Shown here piece by piece: positions 26,696 to 35,416 of a stretch of DNA of 64,000 nucleotides; the first letter of the stretch is position 1; every line of letters begins with the position of its first letter. Under the pieces are notes generated by a model. The model did not search any database. It was given only the letters and a program-made list of their open reading frames with translations, and was not told the DNA's origin. The position numbers and the translations under genes are program-made. Origin of the DNA: Burkholderiales bacterium (lineage in GTDB: Bacteria > Pseudomonadota > Gammaproteobacteria > Burkholderiales > CAIKXV01); the NCBI GenBank assembly GCA_044340265.1, contig JBIITW010000002.1, positions 63-64,062 on the forward strand. The letters are read 5' to 3'.

Positions 26696-28354
26696 GTGCC
26701 GGTGCAAATGCCGGTATGCGCGCTGCAGGCCAGCGCATGGGGGCGGGCCTTGTCCAGGTCTGAGGGCGGCTCTGCGCACCGGCGGTTGATGGACATGCTG
26801 GCGGCACGCAGCGCGGATCCCGTGCTTTCGCCAGCGACGTTCGCACTCGTCGGGCACCGGGCGCGGCAACGTCCGGTTTCGGGTTCTCGCCCGGGTGCGG
26901 TGGTGGCTGTGCAACTGGTATGCGACCGCTTCTACGTGCTGCTGTTCGGCGCGCTCGTTGCGCGTATGCGCGAGCATCATTCGATCGACGCGCGACTGGT
27001 GGCGATTGCAGGCTCCGGATCCATGGGGCGCGGCTGGGCCGCGCGCGCGGCGCGCACTGCGATGGCGGCTCGGATACGCGACCTGCCATGGATCCGGGCT
27101 TATGGAGATGTCGTCGACGGTGTCGGCTGTCGTCTCGTCGATCCAGTTTCGGCCGGGGCCTATGTGGACGAAAGACGACTGGCCCGGGCGCTCTGGGACA
27201 CCTTGTGCGCGCGCCCCGAGCAGCCATCGCTGCAGGTGGACGGCATCGAACTGGCCGACCTGCTGATCGACTCCTACCTTCGACTCAGGCCCTCCCCGCG
27301 TTTCGATCCGACCGATCCATTCCTGCTCGATCTCCTGCGCGGTTCCATACGCGCGGTACGTCGGGCGCGTGCATGGTTCACGGCAGCAAGCCCGCGGGTC
27401 TACCTGACGTCCTACACCAGCTACCTTGCGCACGGCGTGCCTGTGCGGGTCGCGCTGGCGCTCGGCGTGCCAGTCTGGTCCTTCGGCAACCTGGGGCGCT
27501 TTGGCAAGCAGCTGACGCGCGACGACCCCTTCCACACGCGCGATGCGTCCGACTACGCGTACCGGTTTGCACAGCAGTCCGAGCCAGAGGCTCGGCTGGC
27601 CGACGCCCGCAGAGGCCTGGAGTCTCGGCTGGCTGGCGGCGTGGACGCGGCGACAAGCTACATGCGGCGATCGGCCTATGCATCTCCGACCGCCACGTTG
27701 CCCGAAGGACTCGACGGGGCGGTAGTGGTGTTCCTGCATGACTTCTACGACAGTCCGCACGTCTTCCAGGACCTGGTGTTCCCCGACTTCTGGCGCTGGC
27801 TCGCAGTGACCGTGGAGACCCTCGAGGCGGCGGGAATCCCGTTTTTCCTCAAGCCGCATCCCAATCAGATCGTCGACAGCGACCGCGCCGTGGCCGAGTT
27901 CCAGGCGACCTATCCTGCTGCCCGGTGGCTCTCGGCCGAAACCACGAACACGCAGCTTGCCCGCGCCGGGATCGCGTGCGGCGTCACGGTATACGGCACG
28001 GTGGCGCATGAACTCGCCTACCTCGGCGTACCCAGCATAGCCTGCGCCCGGCATCCGCATCATTCGTTCGGGTTCTGCCGCACGGCAAGAAGCCTCGCCG
28101 AATACCAGGCGCTACTGAGGACGGCACGGACCGCGCCGATGTCGCGGGAAGCGATGGAGCGCGAGGCACTGGCGTTCTACTACATGCACAATCATGAAGG
28201 CTCCAACCTGGAGCGCGAACTACGCGATGGCTTCGTGGAGTTCTGGCGCGCGTCCAACGTGCAGCCATACTCGACGCAGCAACTGCTCGACGCGTTCCGG
28301 CGGTTTGCCGCCCTGCCTTCTTTCAGCACCTTTGCACGCGATCTGATCTCGTGA
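26696..28354 (+). CDS. Uncharacterised transferase-like protein with an HP motif (candidate nonulosonate/pseudaminyl transferase)
   Basis: 552-aa ORF (GTG start; a later ATG at 26789 is possible). AGIPFFLKPHPNQ sits in an alpha/beta-looking C-terminal half. Lies immediately downstream of pseI. No other family motif recognised. Confidence 0.5.
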   Translation: MPVQMPVCALQASAWGRALSRSEGGSAHRRLMDMLAARSADPVLSPATFALVGHRARQRPVSGSRPGAVVAVQLVCDRFYVLLFGALVARMREHHSIDARLVAIAGSGSMGRGWAARAARTAMAARIRDLPWIRAYGDVVDGVGCRLVDPVSAGAYVDERRLARALWDTLCARPEQPSLQVDGIELADLLIDSYLRLRPSPRFDPTDPFLLDLLRGSIRAVRRARAWFTAASPRVYLTSYTSYLAHGVPVRVALALGVPVWSFGNLGRFGKQLTRDDPFHTRDASDYAYRFAQQSEPEARLADARRGLESRLAGGVDAATSYMRRSAYASPTATLPEGLDGAVVVFLHDFYDSPHVFQDLVFPDFWRWLAVTVETLEAAGIPFFLKPHPNQIVDSDRAVAEFQATYPAARWLSAETTNTQLARAGIACGVTVYGTVAHELAYLGVPSIACARHPHHSFGFCRTARSLAEYQALLRTARTAPMSREAMEREALAFYYMHNHEGSNLERELRDGFVEFWRASNVQPYSTQQLLDAFRRFAALPSFSTFARDLIS

Positions 28355-29637
28355 ACCCAGATACTTCATCTGCGCCCATGCAGCCCTTCGTTCCCGCAGG
28401 ACTGTCGGATACATCCATCATGTCCGTGTCCAGATTGCTGGAGCTGAACTACGACTCGCACCCCGCGTTCCAGTTCGAATCCCCAGCGTTCGATGTGGAG
28501 CAACGCTCGCTCGACGCATTCGACACGGCCTATGGTGCCTTGTGTCGTTTCGGGCCCGCGCTCGAGTCATCGTCCCGGCAACGCCTGGAACGCCAGGCGA
28601 GGCGGGCACTCGACGACGTCTTTTCCGGAATGGCCAGTCAATGCACGGAAGCGCTTGAGCGAGCGTTCGTCGAAAGCCTCGCGGCTGAGTGCGCTCGCCT
28701 GCTGGCGGAGGAAATCGCCTGGTACGCCCAGCCACCTGCGTGCGGTCGACTGGCGCTGGCTTCCGGCGCGGCGGATGCGGCAGCGATAGAACTAAGCGCA
28801 CTCAAGCATGTGCTCGGAAGACTACCCGAGCCCGTGGTCTCCGAGCTTCAGGCGATTGCAGCCGAGGAAGTGTCCCGATTCGAGGCGGCTGCAGGGGCCG
28901 GCCGGCTCCGGCGCACGGACCTCTCCATCGACCACGGCCGAACGGTGCGGCGCCTCATCGCGTGCCTGAACCGTGCGTTCGGTGCGCTCGGCATGCTCGA
29001 TGCTGTAAGTACCTACATCGGCCGTCCGACGAAGGTGGTCGGCCTGTCGCTCGAGCTCTCGGTCGCACAATCCAGCTGGTGGAAGAATGCGATCGACGGA
29101 TTGCCACGGGCGCCCGAGACCCTGTATGCGCACCTCGACGAATCCATCTCCTTCCCCAAGGCCATCGTCTACCTGACCGACGTCACGCTGGCCAATGGGC
29201 CGACCGGTTGCTATCCGCGCGTCTATGACCTCCTCGGCTGCGGGCCACTGCAGGAGATCATCGGACGCGTGGTGGGAAATGTGGGCAACGATCCAAGTTC
29301 GCCCCTGCACGCCTACTACGCGAAGGCCTACCACCAGTCCATGGCATCAGAGGGCTTCCGCCGACATTTCATGCGCCTGCCACGAGCCCTGCGCTTCAAC
29401 TCCCACTTCGGGTGGGACGTCATGCCGGGCAGCGCGCTTGAGGGCAAGATCGTTGCCGAAGAGCGCCGGATGGTCGGCGCGGCCGGCACTTTCATCGTGT
29501 TCGATGGCGCACGCCTGCTTCATCGTGGAGGACTGATCAGCGAAGGGCGCCGCGTCGCTTTGCAGGTGGTGTTCTCGGACATCACGTTCAACCGCCGCGT
29601 GTGGAGTCGCTTGAAGAGGGCTGCCGGATGGGCCTGA
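28351..29637 (+). CDS. PhyH-like Fe(II)/2-oxoglutarate oxygenase-fold protein (putative)
   Basis: YAHLDES (HxD), AIVYLTDVTLANGPTGCYP, FIVFDGARLLHRGG (distal His) and RRVALQV (Arg), with spacing typical of the PhyH/2OG oxygenase facial triad. The N-terminal ~230 aa are helical and unassigned. GTGA overlap with the upstream gene. Confidence 0.5.
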   Translation: MNPDTSSAPMQPFVPAGLSDTSIMSVSRLLELNYDSHPAFQFESPAFDVEQRSLDAFDTAYGALCRFGPALESSSRQRLERQARRALDDVFSGMASQCTEALERAFVESLAAECARLLAEEIAWYAQPPACGRLALASGAADAAAIELSALKHVLGRLPEPVVSELQAIAAEEVSRFEAAAGAGRLRRTDLSIDHGRTVRRLIACLNRAFGALGMLDAVSTYIGRPTKVVGLSLELSVAQSSWWKNAIDGLPRAPETLYAHLDESISFPKAIVYLTDVTLANGPTGCYPRVYDLLGCGPLQEIIGRVVGNVGNDPSSPLHAYYAKAYHQSMASEGFRRHFMRLPRALRFNSHFGWDVMPGSALEGKIVAEERRMVGAAGTFIVFDGARLLHRGGLISEGRRVALQVVFSDITFNRRVWSRLKRAAGWA

Positions 29638-30572
29638 TGCAGTCGATTCGCAGCTGGGTCCCGAAGCGGTTGAAGAACCGGCTTCGGTCAAGCTCGCTCC
29701 GGTGGCGTATTGCCGCGGCACTTTCTCCGCATGCACCCGGAGCGGTCTGCGTCGATGTCGGTGCTTCGTTTTACCCGCACGAGAAGTGGCTGCCTTTCCT
29801 GCTGTCGCCGTGCACGTCATGGGTCGCTGTCGAGCCCAATGTCGAGAACCTGGGATACCTTGACCAATGGGTATGGCCATGCCGGGTGCGCGCCTGCCGG
29901 CTCGGATTGAGCCGGGAAGGAGGGGCGCAAACGCTCCATGTGACCAACGTCGATACCGGTTCCAGCCTGTTGCCGCCGCAGATCCCCGAGTCGATGCAGC
30001 ACCGAGTGACCAACCTAGACTATTTCTTCCCTGTGGTGGAGCGGCGGATCGAGACTGCGACGCTGGCGCAGGTGATCGATGAGGAAGCCGACGACAGCCC
30101 GGTGTTCGTCAAGCTCGATACCCAGGGTACCGAGCTCTCGATCCTGCAGGGTGCGCAGTCCCTGCTCGACAGCCATCGCATCGCCGGGATCGAAATGGAA
30201 GCGACCCTGCTCGCCCAGCCGCTGATGCGGGGTGCCGGCCGCTTCTGGCAGGCGTGCGAATACCTCGAGACGCGAGGCTACGAGCTCCTCGACATCAAGC
30301 CGATCCGCGCCATCGGCCGTAACGGCCGAGCGCCGCACGGGTACCGCACGTACCTCAACGAATGCGACGCCGTTTTCGCGCTTCGCCCCGATGTCTCTGC
30401 GGCCCAGTCTGTGAACTGCAGGGCAGGGCTGCTCGTGTTCTACGTCGCCAACCTCCTTTACGAGGAGGCGCTGTCGGTGATGGAGCGAGATCCGCAGGTC
30501 GTCATGCTGCTGCGCGAGCGCGGTTGCGATACCGCCGGCTTCGTCGCGCTGCTGCGCTCGGCGTTGAAATGA
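29628..30572 (+). CDS. FkbM family methyltransferase
   Basis: ORF 29601..30572 trimmed to ATG at 29628. VDVGAS, VFVKLDTQGTELSILQGA and IEMEA blocks are typical of FkbM-type methyltransferases. Confidence 0.75.
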   Translation: MGLMQSIRSWVPKRLKNRLRSSSLRWRIAAALSPHAPGAVCVDVGASFYPHEKWLPFLLSPCTSWVAVEPNVENLGYLDQWVWPCRVRACRLGLSREGGAQTLHVTNVDTGSSLLPPQIPESMQHRVTNLDYFFPVVERRIETATLAQVIDEEADDSPVFVKLDTQGTELSILQGAQSLLDSHRIAGIEMEATLLAQPLMRGAGRFWQACEYLETRGYELLDIKPIRAIGRNGRAPHGYRTYLNECDAVFALRPDVSAAQSVNCRAGLLVFYVANLLYEEALSVMERDPQVVMLLRERGCDTAGFVALLRSALK

Positions 30573-32341
30573 ACCGCCCTGCATCGAAAGGTGCTGACCC
30601 GGAACCACGTGCCCGCGCGGCGCGGGAGGGCGCGCCGATGTCAGGCGGGCTGTTGGTCGACGGCAGGCAGCTTCTGGGTTACGTCGCCTACGTCGCGCGC
30701 AACTTCAAGGCTTTCTACCTCGTCGCGGCCCTCACGGGACTCGCGCTTGTGCTCGAGTACGCAGCCACCAGCCTGATGATCCCGCTTGCGCCGGGCAACA
30801 TCGCCGCCGATTCGGTCGTCACGGTGTTCTGGACGCGCGTCGCGGCAGCTGCAGGCCTGGAGCCCACGCCACGCACCTGGCTCTGGCTGTTCGTCATCGT
30901 GCTGCTGGCCCGCGTGGCGCTCGGATACGTGCTCGTGGTGCAGTCGACCTGGCTGGGCAAGCGCGTCCATCGCGCACTCTCGGGCAAGGTTTTCTCGCAT
31001 ATCGTCACCGAGGAGCCGATGAGCCGTGTCTACACCCGATCGATCGGTCACTACATCACGATGGCGGGGGACGATACGTTCAAGAGCGGGACGATACTGG
31101 CGAACCTGCTGCAGGCAGCGGTCGGGGCATCGACGGCCGTCGTCGCGCTGGTGGTGCTCTACCAGTTCTCGCCGTCCTTCTTCGGCTGGGTAGCCGGGTT
31201 CCTGCTTGTTTCGCTGGCAGGCATCGGCCTGCTCATGACCCGGGTGCTGGCCATCAATGCGCGGGCCGTCGATCTGTCCCGCGAACTGGGCACCACGTTC
31301 ATCGAGGCGCTGAACAGCCTTCGATCCATCCGTTCGCTGCAGGCCGGGTCCTTTGTGGTCAGTACCTATGCTGCGCAGATCCGTGCCTATGTCCGGATGC
31401 TGGTGGTCATCGAAGCCATCAAGTCTGCCGTGCGTACTGCGCCGGCTCTCGGCCTGCTGTTCATCGCGGCGATGCTGCTGCGCCCAGGCTCCACGCTGGA
31501 GGCTTCCGCGGCGACCCTCATCGCTGCGACGGCAATCGTCATCCGGGTGTTCGCCGCGCTTGGCCAGATGGTCACTTCGGGTGCGCAGGTGTTCACCGAC
31601 ATCCGCGCCGTGAAGGACATCGGGGCCCTGGTCGAACTGGCTTCACATGCGCCGGTTGCCGCCGTGGAAACGCCTGCTCCAGAGGTGCGGTCGGTAACGC
31701 TGCGCAGCGTCTGGTTCGGTTATGGCGATCGGGGTCAGGTGCTGTCCGGCGTTGATTTCAGGTTCGAAGCCGGACGTACCTATGCGATCGTCGGTCCCTC
31801 GGGCGCGGGCAAGTCCACGGTCGCCGATATCCTGCTCGGGCTGACCAGCCCCGATCGGGGCGAAGTGCTCGTGAATGACGGGGCCGTAGACCTGGCGCTT
31901 GCACGGCGCCGGTTTGCCCTCGTGGAACAGCAGTCGAAGATCTTCTCCACCACGTTGCGCGAGAACCTCCTGCTCGGCGCTCAGGCGTCCGACAGCGCGC
32001 TCCATTCGGCGCTCGAAGCCGTGAGTCTCGGCGAGCTGGTCCGCAGCCTCGGTGATGGGCTCGATACCCGACTGAGCTACCTGGGAGAGAACTTCTCGGG
32101 CGGCCAGCGGCAGCGGTTGGGCATTGCACGTGCGCTGGTGCGCAATCCGCAGGTGCTGATCCTCGACGAGGCCACCAGCGCGCTCGACCAGCACGTACGC
32201 GCCAGCCTGGTCGACCGGCTGCGCGAGCGCATGAGTGCTGGCATCATCGTGTTCATCACGCACGACCCGGCGATCGAGGACATCGCGGACGAGGTCCTGC
32301 GGGTCGAGCCCGCGGGTGGTGCCGGCACGCAGGTCCCATGA
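30569..32341 (+). CDS. Fused TMD-NBD ABC exporter (MsbA/PglK-like half transporter)
   Basis: ORF 30362..32341 trimmed to ATG at 30569 (ATGA overlap). Multiple N-terminal TM segments. Walker A GPSGAGKST, signature FSGGQRQR, Walker B VLILDEATSALD, H-loop ITHD. Confidence 0.85.
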   Translation: MNRPASKGADPEPRARAAREGAPMSGGLLVDGRQLLGYVAYVARNFKAFYLVAALTGLALVLEYAATSLMIPLAPGNIAADSVVTVFWTRVAAAAGLEPTPRTWLWLFVIVLLARVALGYVLVVQSTWLGKRVHRALSGKVFSHIVTEEPMSRVYTRSIGHYITMAGDDTFKSGTILANLLQAAVGASTAVVALVVLYQFSPSFFGWVAGFLLVSLAGIGLLMTRVLAINARAVDLSRELGTTFIEALNSLRSIRSLQAGSFVVSTYAAQIRAYVRMLVVIEAIKSAVRTAPALGLLFIAAMLLRPGSTLEASAATLIAATAIVIRVFAALGQMVTSGAQVFTDIRAVKDIGALVELASHAPVAAVETPAPEVRSVTLRSVWFGYGDRGQVLSGVDFRFEAGRTYAIVGPSGAGKSTVADILLGLTSPDRGEVLVNDGAVDLALARRRFALVEQQSKIFSTTLRENLLLGAQASDSALHSALEAVSLGELVRSLGDGLDTRLSYLGENFSGGQRQRLGIARALVRNPQVLILDEATSALDQHVRASLVDRLRERMSAGIIVFITHDPAIEDIADEVLRVEPAGGAGTQVP

Positions 32342-33477
32342 AGATCGCCCTCCTGGACACCTACTACCCGGACGTGCTGGCTGCCCGTTACCGCAGCGAG
32401 CCCGGGCTGGCACTGGAAAGCCATGCAAGGCAGCATGCCGAGCTGCTGGCCATGGCGTTCGGTACCTCCGATTTCTACTCGCGCCACCTGCAGGATCTCG
32501 GCCACCAGGCCTGCGACCTGATCGTCAACTGCGAGCCGCTGCAGCGCGCATGGGCCCGCGAGAACGGGGTCCGCATCGCGGCGCCACGGATGTGGCTGCC
32601 GCACCGGGCCTTCCGCCTGCCGGTGGTCGGCGCGCTGGCGAGCGCTGCGTCCGGACTGGCGCGGATCGCATTGGCCCAGATAGAGGCGTTGCAACCGGAT
32701 GTGCTGTACTGCCAGGATCTCTGGTTCATGACGCCTGAACTGGCGCGGCGCATCCGGCCACATGTCGGTCGCATCGTGGGGCAGACCGCCAGCCCGCTGC
32801 CCCCGCCAGCGTACCTGGCCAGCTACGACCTGATCACCACGTCCTTCCCGCACTACGTGCCGCGTCTGCGTGCGATGGGCATCCCTGCGCAGTTCCTGCC
32901 GATCGCCTTCGAGCCTTCGGTGCTCGACCGACTCGGCCCGGTCAGCCGTGACGTCGGGGCCAGCTTCGTCGGTGGCATCAGCCGGCACCACGGCCGGGCG
33001 CTTCCCATGCTCGAGTACCTCGCCCGCAACACGCCCATCGAGTTCTTCGGCTACGGCGCCGGGCGGCTCGCGCCCGACTCGCCGATACGCGAACGCCACC
33101 GTGGCGAGGTCTGGGCACTCGACATGTACCGCGCGCTCGCGCGCAGCCATGTAACTTTCAATCGCCATATCGACGTCGCGGAAAACAATGCGAACAACAT
33201 GCGGCTATACGAGGCAACGGGCGTGGGTACCCTGCTGATCACCGACCGGAAGCAGAATCTCGGAGAGCTTTTCGAGCCTGGCCGGGAAGTGGTGGTCTAT
33301 TCCGACGCGGAAGAAGCAGCGCGCCTGATCCGGCACTATCTCGCGCACCCCGACGAAGCGGCCGAAATCGCACGGGCCGGACAGGCCCGGACGCTGCGCG
33401 ACCATACCTACCGCCAGCGCATGGAATCACTGGTACCCATGCTCGTGGACTGCCTCGCGCAGCCCCCGCGGCGCTGA
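32338..33477 (+). CDS. Glycosyltransferase-like protein (CgeB/Glyco_trans_1_2-type C-terminus)
   Basis: The C-terminal NMRLYEATGVGTLLITDRKQNLGELFEPGREVVVYSDAEEAARLIRHYLAHPDEAAEIARAGQARTLRDHTYRQRM follows the CgeB-like GT-B pattern. ATGA overlap with the ABC gene. Confidence 0.6.
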   Translation: MKIALLDTYYPDVLAARYRSEPGLALESHARQHAELLAMAFGTSDFYSRHLQDLGHQACDLIVNCEPLQRAWARENGVRIAAPRMWLPHRAFRLPVVGALASAASGLARIALAQIEALQPDVLYCQDLWFMTPELARRIRPHVGRIVGQTASPLPPPAYLASYDLITTSFPHYVPRLRAMGIPAQFLPIAFEPSVLDRLGPVSRDVGASFVGGISRHHGRALPMLEYLARNTPIEFFGYGAGRLAPDSPIRERHRGEVWALDMYRALARSHVTFNRHIDVAENNANNMRLYEATGVGTLLITDRKQNLGELFEPGREVVVYSDAEEAARLIRHYLAHPDEAAEIARAGQARTLRDHTYRQRMESLVPMLVDCLAQPPRR

Positions 33478-33489
33478 CGGCGCAGGACA

Positions 33490-34476
33490 ATGCCTTACTT
33501 CTGCACGCTCTTCGACAGCAACTACCTTCTGAAGGGCCTGGCGATGCTGCGCTCGCTGGCCGCGCATTGTCCGCAGGGGCAGACTTATGTGCTGTGCATG
33601 GACGACGAAGCGCGGATGCTGCTCGACCGCATCGATCCACCGGGAACCATCCGACTGTCGCTGGCCGACATCGAAGACGACGCGCTGCTGGCAGTGAAGC
33701 CGGGACGCAGCCTCGCGGAATACTGCTGGACGTTGTCGCCCTGCCTGCCCTGGTACCTGCTGGAGCGCTATCCGAAGATCGATTGCATCACCTACCTCGA
33801 TGCCGACATGTATTTCTTCTCCGGCGTGGAGCCGTTGTTCGAGGAGATCGGCCCTGCGTCGATCGCGGTGATCGAGCACCGTTTCGTGGAATCCCTGTGC
33901 CACCTCGAGATACGTGGGAAGTTCTGCGTGGAATGGGTCAGCTTCCGCCGTGACGCGCAGGGGCTCGCCTGCCTTGGCCGGTGGCGTGACCAGTGCATCG
34001 ACTGGTGCTTCTACAAGCTCGAGGACGACCGCATGGCGGACCAGAAGTACCTTGACGAATGGCCGTCCCGGTACAGCGCCCTCTGCGTGCTCCAGCATCC
34101 GGGCGCAGGCGTCGCGCCGTGGAACTATGCGCGTTACGAGATCGTCGAGACGGGTGCCGCAGGAAGCGGCCGCCCGACCTTCACGAGCAATGGCGAACCC
34201 CTGATCTTCTATCATTTCCACCAGCTGCAGTTCCTGCAGAACGGGTCGTTCGACCGGTTGTCGACCGAGTACACCGATACAGGTCCTCCGCCGGTACGTC
34301 TGTATGAAGTCTACGAGGCAGAGTTGCGGCGCACGCTGGTGGAAATCCGGACGATTTCCCCAGGATTCTCGAAGGGACTGCGGCCGGTGCTGCGCGTAAA
34401 GTCACAGCGCCTTGTGCAGCGATTGCTGCCGAAGCCGTTGAAGGAGTGGCTCAAGCGGGTGGTGAACGCCGTCTGA
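33490..34476 (+). CDS. Nucleotide-diphospho-sugar transferase-like protein (GT8-like, DxD)
   Basis: MPYFCTLFDSNYLLKGLAMLRSL N-terminus and YLDADMYFF (DxD) motif typical of GT-A/GT8-like enzymes in LPS loci. Confidence 0.55.
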   Translation: MPYFCTLFDSNYLLKGLAMLRSLAAHCPQGQTYVLCMDDEARMLLDRIDPPGTIRLSLADIEDDALLAVKPGRSLAEYCWTLSPCLPWYLLERYPKIDCITYLDADMYFFSGVEPLFEEIGPASIAVIEHRFVESLCHLEIRGKFCVEWVSFRRDAQGLACLGRWRDQCIDWCFYKLEDDRMADQKYLDEWPSRYSALCVLQHPGAGVAPWNYARYEIVETGAAGSGRPTFTSNGEPLIFYHFHQLQFLQNGSFDRLSTEYTDTGPPPVRLYEVYEAELRRTLVEIRTISPGFSKGLRPVLRVKSQRLVQRLLPKPLKEWLKRVVNAV

Positions 34477-34525
34477 CAATATCGCAGCGGTGGTCGACCC
34501 TGCTGCGCCTGGCTGCCTGACACGG

Positions 34526-35416
34526 TCACGCCCGCAATGCGCAGACGTATCCCCCCAACGAGACCGCTTCGCCGCCGATCCGGAAGGCTTCGGCCTCTTC
34601 GTCCAGCCGCGCGCGGATGTCGTAAGTTGTGTTCAGCACGCGTTCGACGTCCTGGCGCGACATGACCACGTTCGGATAGGAAACCGCCCTGTCGGTCACC
34701 GCTGCCGGCAGCGGACCGGGGCCATTGGTCGAAAGACGCGAGCGCTGCACGCCGTAAAGGGTTCCCGGACCGTCGCGAAAGGCCGTTCGGGTGATGACCA
34801 GGCGCGGTGACCGCAGCGCCACGAGGCGTTCGAGAAAGGCGCGTGGCTCCGGGCAGCAGTGCAGTGCGCCGCTGGTGAAGACCAGGTCGATCTCGCCGAG
34901 ATGGTTCCGCGCGGCGTCGATGTCGTCGAAGAAATCGAGCGATCCATCGCGCATGGGCGCAGCAGCGGCCACCATTGCCGGGGTCTCGACCACGGCCCAT
35001 CGAAGTGGATGGCTTTCTCCCAGCGCCGTGCGGGCGATCGTGTAGTGGCTGCCGCCGCCACCGCCGAAATCAAGGACCGACAGGGGCCGCCCGGGTGATC
35101 GGCCTGCAATGGCGAGCGCAGCCAGTGTGCGCAGCGCCGGCAGGTCGAGCACGGGCCTGTCCGCCAATGCTTTCCGGAATGCGATGTTCTTGCCGACGAT
35201 GACCGCGACGAGGTCAGAGGCTTCGTATGCGCCGCTGGCGCTCGCGGCGAGCGCCTGCTCATAACTGTCGCAGGCGACACCGTCCAGCATCCGCCTGCGC
35301 AGGGCGCTGGTCAGCAGCGGTGGCAGCAGTTCCTTGATCAATGACTTGATGATGGCGTCCTGTGCAGTTCCTGGCAATTCATCGGACAGGCGCGCCCGCG
35401 GCGAGGCATTCGACAA
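34526..35416 (-). CDS. SAM-dependent methyltransferase (TIGR04325-like)
   Basis: VLDFGGGGGSHY glycine-rich SAM motif and IDLVFTSGALHCCPEP block. Last gene of the rml operon. Its 5' end overlaps the rmlD stop by ~38 nt, so the start is uncertain. Confidence 0.6.
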   Translation of the reverse strand: MSNASPRARLSDELPGTAQDAIIKSLIKELLPPLLTSALRRRMLDGVACDSYEQALAASASGAYEASDLVAVIVGKNIAFRKALADRPVLDLPALRTLAALAIAGRSPGRPLSVLDFGGGGGSHYTIARTALGESHPLRWAVVETPAMVAAAAPMRDGSLDFFDDIDAARNHLGEIDLVFTSGALHCCPEPRAFLERLVALRSPRLVITRTAFRDGPGTLYGVQRSRLSTNGPGPLPAAVTDRAVSYPNVVMSRQDVERVLNTTYDIRARLDEEAEAFRIGGEAVSLGGYVCALRA

